From: Candidatus Wukongarchaeum yapensis
GTDB lineage: Archaea > Asgardarchaeota > Wukongarchaeia > Wukongarchaeales > Wukongarchaeaceae
Assembly: GCA_016840425.1 (NCBI GenBank)
Contig: JAEOSI010000153.1
Span: 1 to 5,741 of the forward strand
Length of the DNA stretch: 5,741 nt
Direction: 5' to 3'
The position numbers and the translations under genes are program-made. Positions within the stretch are counted from its first letter, which is position 1. Every line of letters starts with the position of its first letter. Below are positions 3,915 to 5,741 of the stretch, piece after piece. The notes beneath the pieces were generated by a model, which was given only the letters and a program-made list of their open reading frames with translations, was not told where the DNA came from and did no database searches.

Positions 3915-5708
3915 TTATACAATTTCTTCGACGGCGAACTGGGAAGATTTTAAAGCTTCAATGTCCTTCAACACTTGGTTGTACTTATCTTCGAACTCTT
4001 GTTCCTGGAACCATTTCAGGTTAGCTATTACGTCAAAAGCATCCAGTTCTAACATATCTTTGACTAAAATACCCGCATCGAGCAATTCCTTCATCTTCTC
4101 ATACAGCAAAATAATAGCCCTTAACATCTTATACTGTTTATCCATGGAGCAGAAACTGTCATCCGAATAAGCGCTCTGCTGTAAATAATCTTCCCGGATC
4201 ATCCTAGCAGCTTCAAGGATAACCCTTTCAGATTCAGGTAAAGCATCAGGACCAACCAGTTGAACGATTTCCATAAGCTCTTTTTCCTTCTGCAACAACG
4301 ACATAGCCTCAGTAACCAAATCCGGAAATTCTGGAGAAACATTCTCCCTATACCAATCTCTTAGGCTACCTCCATAAAGAGTATATGATGTCAACCAGTC
4401 AATCGCTGGGAAGTGTCTTTGCTCCGCTAATCTCTTGCTTAACGCCCAAAATACCCGGACTACTCGAAGAGTGTTTTGGGTTACAGGTTCTGAGAAGTCG
4501 CCTCCAGGCGGGCTAACTGCGCCAACCGCGGAAACAGAACCTATACGTTCCTCTGAGCCTATACACACCACTCTGCCCGTCCTTTCGTAAAAGGCCGCCA
4601 ATCTGGAGCCTAAATACGCTGGATAGCCCTCCTCCCCGGGCATTTCTTCTAATCGTCCTGAAATCTCTCGAAGAGCTTCGGCCCACCGTGAAGTTGAGTC
4701 AGCCATTAGGGCGACATCATAGCCCATATCTCTGTAGTATTCTGCTATTGTGACGCCTGTGTAGATGGAGGCTTCTCGAGCGGCTACGGGCATGTTTGAG
4801 GTGTTGGCTATTAGGGAGCATCTTTCCATTAAAGCTTTGCCTGTGTATGGGTCGATTAGCTTGGGGAATTCTTCAAGAACTTCAGTCATTTCGTTTCCAC
4901 GTTCACCGCAGCCGATGTAGACGATTACTTTTGCATCAGACCATTTTGCGAGCTGATGTTGGGACACGGTCTTTCCTGTACCAAAGCCGCCGGGTATTGC
5001 GCCGGTTCCTCCTTTGGCGATGGGGAAGAAGGTGTCGTAAATTCTTTGACCTGTTAGTAGAGGTACTTCTGAGCCGAGTTTTCTCTTATAGGGTCTGTAT
5101 TCTCGGACTGGCCAATCTTGTTTTAATTGAATCGTATGTTCTGCACCGCTGGGGGTTTTTATAACCGCGATCTCCTCATCAATAGTATATTCTCCGTCAC
5201 CTGCAAGGGAGGTAAGCTCTCCTGAAAGTCTTGGAGGCACCATTACTCTATTCTCAATAACTAAAGACTCTTTCACTATTCCTAAAATGTCTCCTCCGAC
5301 AAGCTTGTCTCCTTCTTTAGCTTTTGGAACGAAATGCCACTTTTTATCATGGTTAAGGGCTGTAGCTATAACACCACGTGCAATGAAATCCCCGGTCTTT
5401 TCTTTAATTTCTGGTAGAGGCCTAGCAATTCCATCGTAAATCGATGTAATTAAACCTGGACCCAGCTCGATGCTTAAGGGAGCACCTGTAGCTGTCACAG
5501 GCTCTCCAGGTACTAATCCAGCTGTCTCCTCATAACACTGTGAGATAATGTGATCTCCGAATACACGGATTACTTCTCCTATTAGTCCTTCTTTGCCGAT
5601 TCTGGTGACTTCATACATTTTTGTTCCGAACATTTTTTTTGCTTCAACCACGGGACCGCTGATCCTCGTGATTTCGCCTATGATTCCGCCCTTTTTTTCT
5701 GAAGACAT
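3915..5708 (-). CDS. atpA: A/V-type ATP synthase catalytic subunit A, 597 aa, intein-free
   Basis: Walker [20 protein letters not shown], Walker B region [50 protein letters not shown] and [12 protein letters not shown]. The A-subunit-specific non-homologous region is present. SD-like GGGGT at 5717-5721, 8 nt upstream. The symbol follows archaeal usage (also ntpA). Confidence 0.97.
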   Translation of the reverse strand: MSSEKKGGIIGEITRISGPVVEAKKMFGTKMYEVTRIGKEGLIGEVIRVFGDHIISQCYEETAGLVPGEPVTATGAPLSIELGPGLITSIYDGIARPLPEIKEKTGDFIARGVIATALNHDKKWHFVPKAKEGDKLVGGDILGIVKESLVIENRVMVPPRLSGELTSLAGDGEYTIDEEIAVIKTPSGAEHTIQLKQDWPVREYRPYKRKLGSEVPLLTGQRIYDTFFPIAKGGTGAIPGGFGTGKTVSQHQLAKWSDAKVIVYIGCGERGNEMTEVLEEFPKLIDPYTGKALMERCSLIANTSNMPVAAREASIYTGVTIAEYYRDMGYDVALMADSTSRWAEALREISGRLEEMPGEEGYPAYLGSRLAAFYERTGRVVCIGSEERIGSVSAVGAVSPPGGDFSEPVTQNTLRVVRVFWALSKRLAEQRHFPAIDWLTSYTLYGGSLRDWYRENVSPEFPDLVTEAMSLLQKEKELMEIVQLVGPDALPESERVILEAARMIREDYLQQSAYSDDSFCSMDKQYKMLRAIILLYEKMKELLDAGILVKDMLELDAFDVIANLKWFQEQEFEDKYNQVLKDIEALKSSQFAVEEIV

Positions 5709-5741
5709 CTTTTGTTACCCCAATTTGAATTCTTTTTATCA

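Noticed and set aside
3961-4170. + strand ORF, 69 aa
   Set aside because: Antisense shadow of atpA.
4880-4995. VMA-type intein in subunit A
   Set aside because: The known insertion regions (P-loop GKT and GCGERGNE) are uninterrupted and the length is normal.
4796-5164. + strand ORF, 122 aa
   Set aside because: Antisense shadow of the highly conserved atpA core.
5709-5741. 3' end of an upstream gene (e.g. ATPase subunit F or E)
   Set aside because: Only 33 nt are available, too little to assign a frame or product.

Overview
Archaeal-type DNA in which every real gene lies on the minus strand. In transcription order (right to left): A/V-type ATP synthase subunit A (5708-3915, not followed by subunit B); a 240-bp spacer with A-tracts on the + strand; tatA (start corrected to 3674); tatC; purN-like formyltransferase with a Trp-rich C-terminal extension; folD; a ~200-bp spacer with a T-rich + strand; and the 5' part of a TPR protein gene (590 to <1). 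The ORF track missed the TPR gene because it runs off the window edge. Two signals stand out. (1) The TPR gene is built of near-identical 120-bp/40-aa units whose differences are mostly non-synonymous and are combinatorially shuffled: three sites within 10 bp fail the four-gamete test in every pair, which suggests a repeat-diversified sensor or receptor. (2) Third-codon-position G+T versus A+C composition forms kilobase-scale domains that flip inside single genes (atpA: 80% then 27% A+C) and extend into the non-coding spacers. An archaeal origin (TACK- or Asgard-like) is my inference from protein motifs only. No RNA genes, CRISPR arrays or mobile elements are supported. All counts were done by hand.
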